64,000 nt of DNA from Eledone cirrhosa (Eukaryota), in the NCBI GenBank assembly GCA_964016885.1, contig OZ024742.1, positions 35,216,001 through 35,280,000 of the forward strand, written 5' to 3'. The position numbers and the translations under genes are program-made. The notes under the pieces are model-generated. The model was not told where the DNA came from and made no database searches. It saw nothing but the letters and a program-made list of their open reading frames with translations. This document shows positions 20,400 to 33,705 of the stretch, one piece after another (position 1 is the stretch's first letter; each line of letters starts with the position of its first letter).

Positions 20400-20734
20400 T
20401 TCATTTCATTTTACGTCCACTTTTCCCTGCTAGCAAGGGTGGGACGGGAACTGATTCTGGCATGATTTCTACAGCTGGATGCCCTTCCTAACACCAACCT
20501 CATTTTTACAGTGAGTGCTGGGTGCTTTTTTGCCGTGGCACCTCCACGACCACTTTGCAGTGGAATGATAGGGACCCCAGTCCCTATCATCTCATTTCTA
20601 CAGCTGAGTAAACTGGAGCAATGTGGAATAAAGTGTCTTGCTCAAGGAAACAACACATCACCCAGTCTGAGAATTGAACTCACAACCTTTCGATTGCAAG
20701 GCCAATGCTCTAACCACTAAGCCATGTGCCTCCA
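20400..20734 (-). mobile_element. SINE family 1, full length
   Basis: Same head, body and tail as 16380-16729 in reverse. Confidence 0.88.
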
Positions 20735-23292
20735 TATATATATATATATATTTTTTTTAAAATCTATGAAAGTAGCTGTTTGTATGCAGGTGTGTCCCAA
20801 GTTGTAGGCTGCAATTTGACACATAGGTAACTGAAATTCCACATGGTGGTACATGTTTTCAAGAAGATCATAATGAGTGGATGATTAACGAGCATACCCC
20901 TGGCTAGCAAGGAAAAATTACTAAAAAGTAAAGATACCAACCATCAGTTTGGACCAAGGAAACATTGTTCCTTTTGGTCTTTCCATTGTTGATACAATCT
21001 GCTGCAGTTCCTAGCAGAAAGAGTAACAAAATGAAGTACTGTGTTCAATAATACATGTCACCTGCTCTAGGAATTTTACCCACAACCTTATGATCATAAA
21101 TCTAACACCCTAACCTCTGTGCCACATCCCTTCATGAAAGCAGCCAGTAAATGATGATGAATATATCCCCCCCACCCCCACACACACATATACACTTGTA
21201 TGTGTGTATTTGAATGCTGATGCAATATATTATATATAATGTTTGTACATGTGTAGTTGTATGTGTGTTAATATTTATTTCAATTATTTAGTCAGGTGGA
21301 ATGATCATGGATCATGACCTTTCTATGCCCTCTGAGAGACTGGTGGGGCATATGTATATATTAATGAGTGTATATATGTGTGTGTGTATATATATATATA
21401 TTCACACACCTGACCTTTTCAATGCCGTTGTGGCGGGGGTTTGTGACAAGAAGAGGCGGAGGAAACCAAGAATCATGGGTGCATACACACACATACGCAC
21501 TCACATGTATGTGCATATGTGTATTATCAGCAGCAGCATTTTACTTCTGCTTTCCACACTGGCATGGGTTGGACAAGTTGTCACAGTCCTAGACCTGCTG
21601 GATCAGAGCCATCTCATCATGCCCACACTTTCCATATTTGGCATGGTTTTCATGGCTGGGTACCCTTCATAGCAACAACTACCTTACAGAGTGTACTGAG
21701 TGCATTTTCTGGCCCCAGCAATGCCGCTTTATAGAGTAAACTAGATACATTTTATTATGGCACTAACACTACCACTTTACAGGGTGTACTGGGTGCATTT
21801 TATTGTGTCACCAGCACTGAAGATGTTGTCAAATGCTGTGCCAAACTGAAGAATCCTCTCAAACCTTATATTAAACACTGTAGCCTTCAGTCTCTCACCA
21901 CATTTACTTTTAGTGTTGCCATGCTTGTACTGGTGGATAGGTATTTCGTATTTTGACATAACACCAGTCAGTTCAGTCCTCAGTCATCTTCAGGAAATTC
22001 AGATACTTGAATTCATTCTTCACAACCTCATCCCATGTCTTCGTTTCCATCCTCCACAGGTTCCATCCACTTCTACTGCTTGGCCCTTTTTTTATACAAT
22101 TCTCACACGCGTGTGTGTCTATCTTACATTGGAGGCATGTCAAAATATTTCAGTCCATACATTAGAACCTACTTTTCAAAAGTAGGTCTATTCTTCAGGG
22201 ACAACTCTCCTGGAGAAAACCTCCATCACAAGAGATTCATCACCTGTATCTGTATCAGTAAATATTAGGGTGAGAGCCATCAACTCCTAAATGTAAGCCT
22301 AATGGAATATTGTAAGGCTGTAATCTAACATAGTTGATCATTAGTCGAATCACTAATTGTTGTGGAACAAAATCAAAATAATAGGGAAAACCATTGGAAG
22401 ATAAGAAAATTGAAAGAATCAGTGCCTTCATCATCATCATCATCGTTTAACTTCTATTTTCCATGCTAGCATGGGTTAGACTGGTTCGTCCCATCAGAGG
22501 CAAGTTGAGTTGGATGACCGTATCTTGCTCACATAGGACTGTTTATCGCTAGATTTCTACAGCTGGATGCCCTTCCTAATGCCAACCACATTTACAGTGT
22601 GCGCTGGGTGCTTTTTGCCATGTCTCTTACACAACCACTTCACAGTATGGGCTGGATATTTTTGTGATACCAACATAGCTTTACAGAGTAAGGATGGTGG
22701 TGTAGGGGTGTGGGGGTGTATGGAAGGGAGTATAGTGGATTATGAGGTGCCTACAGGATGTATGCCTTATGAGTAAAATTGAATAGGTGGAAACTGTGTG
22801 GAAACCTGTTAGTTGAACTCTGCCTGTAATCCACAGGTTCAGCCTTGTCACATATTGTCATTCTAATTTTGGTTGGGAATTATGTTAAGGGTACCTATGT
22901 CTGTGGAATACTCAGCCACTGACACTATGATACAAGATAGATTGTACCTGTAATTCAAAAATCCAACCTTGTCACATGGAAATTACATGTCTGCAAAATA
23001 TTCAATTATTTACACATTAATTCACAAGTTAGACATTCAGTTGATCAAACTAAATGCTCATTGTTGAAACTGGTGGGGACCCATTATGCATAAACACACA
23101 GACACACAGTGTCATGCTGAGTTTACTACCTGTGGGTTGTGTTAATGGTACAGGTGTGCCTGCAGAATAACTCAGCCACTTTACAACACAATATCTCAAT
23201 GAGTGAGCAAGTAGCTTGGTTGATCAAATAACTGGAATATTCATTGTTGAAACCAACATGAGATTCAGGTATCAGATTACTCATTAACTTAC

Positions 23293-23357
23293 CTTAGCTC
23301 ACCTTGTTGTTCAACACACAGCATAGCAGCCATTTTGGATTCTTCTGATTGAGAAAT
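23293..23357 (-). other. candidate host-gene exon with possible start codon
   Basis: Pyrimidine tract + AG acceptor, AAAATGGCT, two donors 10 nt apart (AAG|GTGAGC, AAG|GTAAGT). Confidence 0.35.
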
Positions 23358-23516
23358 CTTAGCGAAAAGAAGGAAAAAATGAAATGAATTGAAAGAAATA
23401 TAAGTTGTTGCAATACCTGCTATTATATATATATACACACACATATACGTGTGTGTGAGTATATATATCATCATCGTTTAATGTCTATTTTCCATACTAG
23501 CATGGGTTAGAATATA

Positions 23517-23551
<35 letters not shown>

Positions 23552-24047
23552 GATATCGACTTTCATATGCACACGCACACATGAATATGATGATATACAT
23601 ATACACCCATCACTAGTAAATGGAATGACAGAGGAACCAGTGGTAGATTCTCTAGAGTTATTTTACCAATTTATTTGTAACATTTAGCTGGACCATCACC
23701 AAAACATACATAACAAAACAATGTAAAAACAGTGGCTTATGCTTCATAGCTGGGCCTCAACAGAAAAGAAAAAACTTGAGAACAGTGGGCTATGTTTTAG
23801 AGCAGCCTGCTATCTGTAGCTGCTTCCTAGAACAAACCCACCTGTGTTGTTGTTGTCAACTATAGGAATTGCACTGGTATATTTGGTGTGAACATGCCTA
23901 TGTATATTGTATATATATATATATATGTGTGTATATATATATATATATATCTAGGGTAGGTAAAATTCCCAAGATATATATATATATATATATATGTCCC
24001 ACCCTTGCAAGCAGGGAAAAGTGGATGTAAAAGGAAATGATGAATGA

Positions 24048-24084
<37 letters not shown>

Positions 24085-26034
24085 TATATTTAAAAGAATG
24101 TAAGTCTGTCTTGACTTCTGGTAGCACATGTGCAGCAATAACTGAAGTGAACCAAACCTGGATATGGATCTAGATAAGCAACATATGCGCAGAAGTAAAC
24201 TTCCCTTTTGGATGTTTGTTTTTCTTTCCTTATCTATCTTATTATCTCCATCCCCATCTATCTATATATCTTTCTGCCTGTCTGTCTATTTATTTATTAT
24301 GCAATAATGAGAAACATCATTTGGAAAATAAATGCAATTCTAAATAAATACATAAAAAAATGCAGAGGTGTATCTCAAAACACATGTATTCTCACTTGTG
24401 CATACGCACATAGACAGTAAGCACTATACATTTCATGTATCAATTTGTGGGTTTTCAATTCAAGTATGAACAAAGAAAAGGAGCAATAACAATAAAGAAT
24501 ATTCAGACCTTTTAATGGTTTCAGTCATTCAACTAGTCTGTGGTCTTAGTGGAGTTCCTTCCACCTTCAAGATTCTCGTTGATGATATTGATCTCAATAC
24601 ATTCTGTATATACTCATATATAAACTGAGAAATATGTGACAAAAAACTTGATGGTAAAATGGAGATTGGCTTATATTCCAGATCAATATTGTGCCGATTT
24701 TTGCCAACTTCAAATTTTACATAAATAAGGAGCTAGAATATCTTGGAGTGGTTATCTTACAATGAAACATTGTTTTTCTACATTTATTACATTGTTATGA
24801 ATGTTTTTTATGCATTTCCTTAACTACATTCCCAACAAATATTTGAATTTTTCAATACATAAATATCCCTTATACATTCATGCATGCACATATGCCCTGA
24901 CTGTTTTTCTTTGTGACTTCATTATACATTTTCTTTCAATCTTCTGTCTTGTATTTTATTGCGTTCGCACTACTTTTCTTTATACACTGTTCTCTTGGTC
25001 AATCTCTTTCTTTCAACTATTTATTCCCTATTTACTATGAACATAATTTCGATCCCTCAATTGTGTTTTTAATGATCTCTATAATTGTTAAAGACATTTT
25101 TTTTTTTAATAATATCTTAAACTCAAAATATATCTCTATGGGGAAAGAGGCCAGACTAATTGATATATCATATTTTAGTGATTTTCAAGTAATAATCTGG
25201 CGGATTTTTAAAATTTTAACCAGCTTACATGGTTTTAAAATAATCGAAATGTGTGTACTAATGAACTAATAAAGAAAAATATTTTTTTCAGAATTATACC
25301 ACTGTTGAATATTGGATGCCATGGTTAAAATAGTGGGGGAGCATGCTGGCACAAGATGTGTGTAATTGTAAAATTCCACCTTAAGCTTTAATAATTTTAC
25401 AATGTTAAATTGTTTTCAAGTTTTTTAAGGCGTGTATTTTGTGTGATGGCGTTAGTGTTGTCTGCTAAAACAAAAGTAAAATACCCTCAGCATTTGAGTA
25501 GCCAGAAGTAAACAAATATTCGAGAAATTTGTTGAAATTTTATAAAACAGATGAAATGGTAAAAAAATCATTTTGTAATGGAGCTGTGAAACAAACTATA
25601 CTCCAAACACCATTTAAAACATTTTAAATATCAAAATATTAAAATTTCATAAATATATTTGCCAGGTGTTGCTATTAAGTTAGACATGGCCTGGGCCAAT
25701 ACTGGCCGAAACCTATCAAAGTTAAGTTATATTCTCCACTCATGAAAATTTAAAACCCACACCATCTAAATATAACGCCTCGGCTTATACATGGATTTTG
25801 CACTTTTACCCATTTCTAAGACATAAATTAGGGAGGTCAGCTTATATTCAGGCTCCTAAATAATTTATCAATCTCTGTTTTCTGAATCACTATGTTAAAG
25901 GATAACAACAAGCACAAAAACATGGTCACATGCATCTCTCTCTCTATATATATATATATACTCCCGTCTAACCCATGCTAGCGTGGAAGAACGGACGTAA
26001 AACGGTGATGATGATGATATATAGATATGAATGA

Positions 26035-26357
26035 ATGTATAGTATATTTGGCAATATACCGTATGTTTAATTAAAAACATTTAGAAGACCTTACGCTATC
26101 AGTTTTAAAGTAGTGACTATGTCACTTATTCTCAGCGAAAGAAGAGAGAGAAGCTGACAGTCTGTTTCACGCTGGTTGGCATTCATCAGAGCCACGTACT
26201 CCCCTGCTTTCGCCGAAAATTATAGAAGCTGGATTCTTATAGAATTCCAGTAATAATCAAAAGTAAGTGACATAGTCACTACTTTAAAACTGGTAGCATA
26301 TGGTCTTCTAAATGTTTTTAATTAAACATACAGTATATTGCCAAATATACTATACAT
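26035..26357. mobile_element. diverged relative of the 310-bp unit with 94-bp inverted arm
   Basis: GTATGTTTAATTAAAAACATTTAGAAGACCTTACGCTAT aligns to GTATGTTTATAATAAACATTTTGAAGACCTAATCGCTAT; 26035-26128 mirrored at 26264-26357. Confidence 0.85.
26150..26195 (-). ncRNA. minimal type I hammerhead ribozyme
   Basis: Reverse complement: GTGGCT CTGATGA ATGC CAACCA GCGT GAAA CAGACTG TC AGCTTC; GUC site; position homologous to the hammerhead in the 310-bp unit. Confidence 0.8.
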
Positions 26358-26370
26358 GCTATACGACGGG

Positions 26371-26638
26371 GTGATGTGTTGTTTCCTTGAGCAAGACACT
26401 TTATTTCACATTGCTCCAGTTTACTCAGCTGTAGAAATGAGATGATAGGACTGGGGTCCCTATCATTCCACTGCAAAGTGGTTGTGGAGGTGCCACGGCA
26501 AAAAAGCACCCAGCACTCACTGTAAATGAGGTTGGTGTTAGGAAGGGCATCCAGCTGTAGAAATCAAGCCAGAATCAGTTCCCGTCCCACCCTTGCAAGC
26601 AGGGAAAAGTGGACGTAAAATGAAATGATGATGATGAT
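26371..26638 (+). mobile_element. SINE family 1, 5'-truncated
   Basis: Body and (GAT)n tail, no tRNA head. Confidence 0.85.
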
Positions 26639-26678
26639 ATATTCATGTATACATCACTATTTCAGAGCACCAATCCTA

Positions 26679-26712
<34 letters not shown>

Positions 26713-28059
26713 AATGGCTTCTACAGGACTAGAACTGTTTCATTCGGGAGAAATCATCAGGGCGTTATACTCTGCTATGTATTGAGTACCTTACTTACTG
26801 TGGTTACTCCCGATTGAACCCAGGATAAACATATATATATATCGTTATCTGAATGTGAATTGTAATTATGAATTATGAGCCCTTGATATGTAAACTTAGA
26901 TGTATTTATATTGATGGTGCAAGATTAATCTGCTATTATTTATGAGAAAGCATCATGGAACTCTGAGCACTAACAAAGCCAATGCTAGTTGCCATATATT
27001 TTAGGTAATATAAAGTACTTCTATGTTTACATTTTAAGAGTTCATCCTTTCATAATTCACAGTCAAATAACTAAAATATATATATATATATAATCATCAC
27101 CATCAACATCCATTTTACATACTAGCATGGGTTAGACGAGTTGTCCCATCATGAGACAAGTCAGATCAGGTAACTGTCTCGCTCAGAAAACTGTTTCTGT
27201 CATGGTTTCTACAGCTAGATGCCCTTCCTAATGCCATTTACAGTGCGTAGTGGGTGCTTTTTGTCAAGTCACCAACACAACCACCTTACAAGGTAGGTTG
27301 GGTATTTTTTGTCACGCTACCAACATAGCCACTTTGCAGAGTGGAATGAGTACTTTTTGTCATGTCACCAACATATATATATATATATATACACTCACAC
27401 ACAATTTATTTTCTAAATTCGAATCTCAAGTTACTGGTGAATCCAAGGCTACAGTAGAATACACCTGAACGAACTGGAACAAAAAATGAAATAGTGAAAT
27501 TTTCCTATATTCCCGGATAATGCTGGGTAGTTATCTTGTGTGTGTGTGTGTTTGGTTGTGTTTGTTATAGCAATTGTGTAGGTATTTCTGTCTGTTGAAT
27601 GCGTGTGTGTAATGATTTGCACTTGTGCTTGTGTATCAGGCTGATTGTACCCTAATATGAGTGTGTGTGTGTATGTATCATCATCATTATATCTGTTTGA
27701 CAAAATAAGTTTGGAAACCACTGATCTAGACTAAACATAGAATTTATTCTACCTTCTCTTTCTCCTCCCCCTCTCTCTCTCTCTTTTTCTTTTTATTTTC
27801 ATTTTCCATTGCTTGTAATTTTTTCTCTATCATTCTCCACCCACCTCCCCTCTGTCGCTCCATTATCCTTATCTTTCTCTTCCTCCTCCCTCTATTCTTT
27901 GTTCTAGCTATTTTCTAGCTGAACCCCTCAGCTCAGCCATCCAACCATTCCTGTTACAACACACCATTACTGTTAATACAGGACACATAATGTATGTGTG
28001 AATGTATGTATGTAGTGAAAAACAGTAACAGCACGAATCTTCTCTTCTTCTTCTCTCAC

Positions 28060-28295
28060 TTATTTCTGAGAGGGTTGTTGGGGCAGGTCTTGTTAGAAGC
28101 AACCATCTCCAACTTATCTGGCTGCATCCCCAAGTGAGACCAGCCAAGCTCATGGATGTTATCCAACCATTTTGCTCAGAACATACACCTGGGTCTGCTG
28201 CCTGTTGGTTTTGCTCATAAAATCTCTCTAGTGATTCTTTCCTGAGACATTCTAACCATATGCCCATAGTATCAACTGTACTGCATCCAGGGTGA
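28060..28295 (-). mobile_element. old RTE 3' fragment related to 18250-18500
   Basis: Reverse strand reads YYGHMVRMSQERI...KPTGSRPR...WLDNIHELGWSHLG. Confidence 0.65.
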
Positions 28296-28434
28296 AAATA
28301 GCACAAATCAACCTATGAAAAGTTGTCATATTCTTTCATTTACTTATTTTGTGTCTCTGAAATGCAGTACCTCTTGTGGTTATTTGTTGCCCTGTGGTCC
28401 AAGTGGACAAAATTGGAGAATCATTATCCCAGAG

Positions 28435-29422
28435 CAGTGGTCGCCAACCTTTCGGACCTCACACACCACTAAATTCGTAATTTTAAATGTGGTAACACGA
28501 CAACTAATATGAATTTTTTTAAAAAGATAAATAGATTTGTAAAATAATGATCAGAGAATTTCCATTTTATTAAATAATACTGAAGCGTACGTGTGTCATA
28601 TTGTCGATAGATGATACTATGTGTAAAATTCTTTCATGGGTGTTAGTTCTTTACTGAGAAAAAAAACATTTCTTAGGTGGGTTATAAAATATATTTTAAC
28701 CAAATATTTTTCTTTTATTATTGGAATTGAGAGAGAGACTGAGCATAAGAGGAATCAAATGCTGTGTGCAGGAGAGGCGGTTACGCTGGTATGGACATGT
28801 GATGCGTATGAAGGATGACAGCTGCATAAAAAGGTGCAGAGCACTAGAAGTTGATGGAAACCGCGGAGTGGGCAGACCCAAGATGACTTGGGATGAGGTG
28901 ATAAAAGCCGACCTTACCCAACTACACCTCTCAAAGACAATGACACGACCGTGACTTATGGCGTCACGCAGTAATACAGGGTACCTGACCTCCCATGGGT
29001 ACATGCTGAAGCATATAAACAATATGCCCCCACTCCCCCCACCGCAAGGTGGTCGTGGAGGTGCCACGGCAAAAAAGCACCCAGCCCACACTGTAAAGTG
29101 GACGTGTAGGCGCCACGAAAAAGCACCCAGCACTCACTGTAAATGAGGTTGGTGTTAGGAAGGGCATCCAGCTGTAGAAATCAAGCCAGATCAGTTCCTG
29201 TATGAGCAAGGCATGGTCAGCCGACCAGACACTGCCCACAACAGGACAACCCGTCTAACCCATGCTAGCGTGGAAGAACGGACGTAAAACGGTGATGATG
29301 ATGATGATGATGATGATGAATACATAAAAATTGCAAATAATGTCCTCTTTTTTTTTTGGCGGACCACAAAAATTTTCTCTTGGACCACCAGTAGTTCGCA
29401 GAGCACTGGTTGGCGACCACTG
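28435..29422. mobile_element. hAT-like MITE split by an RTE insertion
   Basis: Perfect 15-bp TIRs CAGTGGTCGCCAACC / GGTTGGCGACCACTG; no clear 8-bp TSD. Confidence 0.7.
28724..29318 (+). mobile_element. RTE subfamily A 3' fragment
   Basis: Near-identical to 486-1066; (GAT)n tail. Confidence 0.92.
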
Positions 29423-29821
29423 TAATTAAATTAGTATTTCTGGGACCCAGAACATCATGACAGATGTTTCCTCATCTATAGGTTCAATAATATAATCCTA
29501 TTGGAAAGTGGCTGTTGCAATATTCAGCTTGATTTGGGTGAAATTGAATAATTATTTTTCAATTTCAAAATAAATTACAATAAAATGTTTTTTTAAAATA
29601 TTTTCTATAACTTTGATGATGATGATGTTCTTCGTTAATGTTGTTGTTGATACTGATGTTGCTGTTGTTGTCATTGCCAACATTGTTGTTCTTATTGTCA
29701 TTGCTGCTGATGATGGTGTTGTTGCTATTAATGTTGCTGTTATTGTTGCTACTGTTGTCATTCCTGTTATTGTTATCATCCTCGTTGTTGTTGTTCCTAT
29801 TGTTGTTATCACCATTTATTG

Positions 29822-29859
<38 letters not shown>

Positions 29860-30400
29860 CAAATAGCAACTTTCCTTCTGGTGCATTATATCATTTTCTC
29901 CACTCACACTATCACTCACTCTTTTTTGTTCGCTTTTTCCCTACATCTCTCTCTCTCTCTCTCTCTCTCTAATATATTCTAATTATACAGACACACATGT
30001 ATGTGTGTGTGTATAATTAGAATACACATAATTAACGAATCTTGTTCAAAAGCTATCACCATTTCGTAATAGTTTTTATTAAGTCTTAATTTACCACCAT
30101 ATCAACAACAAAACTAGAAAGAAAAAAGTAATATTTATTTAACATCATCATCATCATCATCGTTTAACGTCTATCTTCCACGCTAGCATTTGCAGGAAGA
30201 TTAAAACATTGGACAAAATGCTTTGTGGCATTTTTTCTACCTCTTTACATTCTTAGTTCAAATTTCATCATGCTTAACTTTGTCTTATCTTTCTGGGATC
30301 TATGAGATAAATACCAATTAACTTTGCTCTTCTCAAAACATTTGTTAGATTTGTGTCTAAATTAACAATGAAACCACAGATGGTCAAAAAGCTGATGAAG

Positions 30401-32730
30401 ATGTTTAATGTTTGTGAGATCTCTTGTCTTGGAATGTTTAATGTTTGTGAAATCTCCTCTCATCTGAGAATATTTAATGTTTGTGAGATCTCCTCTCATC
30501 TGAGAATATTTAATGTTTGTGAGATCTCTCATCCAAGAATATTTAATGTTTGTGAGATCTCCTCTCCGAGAATATTTAATGTTTGTGAGATCTCCTCTCA
30601 TCCGAGAATATTTAATGTTTGTGACCTCTCTCATCCGAGAATATTTAATGTTTGTGAGATCTCTCATCCAAGAATATTTAATGTTTGTGAGATCTCCTCT
30701 CATCCGAGAATATTTAATGTTTGTGAGATCTCCTCTCATCCGAGAATATTTAATGTTTGTGACCTCTCTCATCCGAGAATATTTAATGTTTGTGAGATCT
30801 CTCATCCAAGAATATTTAATGTTTGTGAGATCTCCTCTCATCCGAGAATATTTAATGTTTGTGAGATCTCCTCTCATCCGAGAATATTTAATGTTTGTGA
30901 GGTCTCCTCTCATCCGAGAATATTTAATGTTTGTGAGATCTCCTCTCATCTGAGAATATTTAATGTTTGTGAGATCTCCTCTCGTCCGAGAATATTTAAT
31001 GTTTGTGAGATCTCCTCTCATCTGAGAATGTTTAATGTTTGTGAGATCTCCTCTCATCCGAGAATGTTTAATGTTTGTGAGATCTCCTCTCATCTGAGAA
31101 TATTTAATGTTTGTGAGATCTCCTCTCATCTGAGAATATTTAATGTTTGTGAATCTCCTCTCATCTGAGAATATTTAATGTTTATGAGATCTCTCATCCG
31201 AGAATACTTAATGTTTGTGAGATCTCTCGTCCGAGAATATTTAATGTTTGTAAGATCTCTCATCTGAGAATATTTAATGTTTGTGAGATCTCTCATCTGA
31301 GAATATTTAATGTTTGTGAGATCTTCTCTCATCTGAGAATATTTAATGTTTGTGAGATCTCTCATCTGAGAATATTTAATGTTTGTGAGATCTCCTCTCA
31401 TCTGAGAATATTTAATGTTTGTGAGATCTCCTCTCATCTGAGAATATTTAATGTTTGTGAGATCTCCTCTCATCTGAGAATATTTAATGTTTGTGAGATC
31501 TCCTCTCATCTGAGAATATTTAATGTTTGTGAGATCTCTCATCCAAGAATATTTAATGTTTGTGAGATCTCCTCTCATCCGAGAATATTTAATGTTTGTG
31601 AGATCTCCTCTCATCCGAGAATATTTAATGTTTGTGACCTCTCTCATCCGAGAATATTTAATGTTTGTGAGATCTCTCATCCAAGAATATTTAATGTTTG
31701 TGAGATCTCCTCTCATCCGAGAATATTTAATGTTTGTGAGATCTCCTCTCATCCGAGAATATTTAATGTTTGTGACCTCTCTCATCCGAGAATATTTAAT
31801 GTTTGTGAGATCTCTCATCCAAGAATATTTAATGTTTGTGAGATCTCCTCTCATCCGAGAATATTTAATGTTTGTGAGGTCTCCTCTCATCCGAGAATAT
31901 TTAATGTTTGTGAGATCTCCTCTCATCTGAGAATATTTAATGTTTGTGAGATCTCCTCTCGTCCGAGAATATTTAATGTTTGTGAGATCTCCTCTCATCC
32001 GAGAATGTTTAATGTTTGTGAGATCTCCTCTCATCTGAGAATATTTAATGTTTGTGAGATCTCCTCTCATCTGAGAATATTTAATGTTTGTGAGATCTCT
32101 CATCTGAGAATATTTAATGTTTGTGAGATCTCCTCTCATCTGAGAATATTTAATGTTTGTGAGATCTCCTCTCATCTGAGAATATTTAATGTTTGTGAAA
32201 TCTCTCATCCGAGAATATTTAATGTTTGTGAGATCTCCTCTCATCTGAGAATATTTAATGTTTGTGAGGTCTCCTCTCATCCGAGAATATTTAATGTTTG
32301 TGAGATCTCATCTGAGAATATTTAATGTTTGTGAGATCTCTCATCTGACAATATTTAATGTTTGTGAGATCTCCTCTCATCTGAGAATATTTAATGTTTG
32401 TGAGATCTCTCATCTGAGAATATTTAATGTTTGTGAAATCTCTCATCCGAGAATATTTAATGTTTGTGAGATCTCCTCTCATCTGAGAATATTTAATGTT
32501 TGTGAGATCTCCTCTCATCTGAGAATATTTAATGTTTGTGAGATCTCCTCTCATCTGAGAATATTTAATGTTTGTGAGATCTCTCATCTGAGAATATTTA
32601 ATGTTTGTGAGATCTCCTCTCATCCGAGAATATTTAATGTTTGTGAGATCTCCTCTCATCCAAGAATATTTAATGTTTGTGAGATCTCCTCTCATCTGAG
32701 AATATTTAATGTTTGTGAGATCTCTCATCT
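30401..32730. repeat. 30/33-bp minisatellite, about 70 units
   Basis: GAGAATATTTAATGTTTGTGAGATCTC(CTC)TCATCY repeated. Confidence 0.97.
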
Positions 32731-33230
32731 TTCCCCTTTTTGCGAACCTTGTGCTTAAGTTAGAAACCATTATTTTTACTATTATCTGTGGATTGGCAGT
32801 ATCAGTAGAGTGTCAAACAAAATGCCTTGTGATATTTAGTTAACTCTCTCATGTCAAATCAGCATGAGGCAGTATGTAACCACACCAAACCTTTTGAATT
32901 ACATGTATGTTCCATCTTGTACTATAATATAGGTGGTTGAGTATTCTTTAGATAGGTGTAACCTTAACATAGTTCTCTTACAGAAGCAACATGATACAAT
33001 ATGTAACAAGGCTGGACTTTTGAATTACAAATACAATCTATCTTGTATTATAGTGTAAGTGGTTGCGTATTCTATAAGCATGTGTACCCTTAACGTAAGT
33101 CTCAGGGAGATTCAGTGTGACAATATAAGACATGGCTGGCTCGGAATTACATGTACAGTCTTCTTGACAGGCTTCCACTGTGTCTGGCTACTCAATTTCA
33201 CCCAAAAGATTTTGATCAATCCTGAAGGTA

Positions 33231-33705
33231 TCATCATCATCATCATTTTATGTCGACTTTTCCCTGCTTGCAAGGATGGGACAGGTCCTCTTCAGCACAG
33301 TATTTCTCCATTTGTCATGGTCCTTCGTCACCTCCTCTGTGAGCTTCAGCAATCTAAGGTCAGCTGTCACCACCTCCGCCCATGTCTTCCGTGGTCTTCC
33401 TCTACTGCGTCTTCATTCCATTGGGTTCACCTGACACTTCTTTACCTAGCGGTCATTATCTATGCACATTACATGGCCATACCAACATAGTCTTCTTTCC
33501 TGCACACTATAGTTTATTCCTCTTATATAGAGTTTCTCTCTCAACTCATCCATGCTTAGTCTTTCATGCACGTTGACATTGCACATCCATCGGAGCATGC
33601 TTGCTTCATTTCTCTCCAACCTTCGCATATCCTGTGCAGTTGCTGCCCATGTCTCACTACTGTGCAGCATCATGCATCTCACACAGGCATCATACAACCA
33701 ACCTT
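33231..33705 (-). mobile_element. RTE subfamily C 3' fragment
   Basis: ORF 33446-33697 (HSSETW..RRLERNEASMLRW..RLCWYGHV) and (CAT)n tail. Confidence 0.85.

Noticed and set aside
22140-22443. Unique-looking segment as coding exon
   Set aside because: Short ORF starts in a (GAT)n tail and no motif or clear splice pair was found
30353-32770. RIFNVCEISSHL repeat protein or zinc-finger array
   Set aside because: No C2H2 spacing, frames break at several points, both strands open simply because units are multiples of 3
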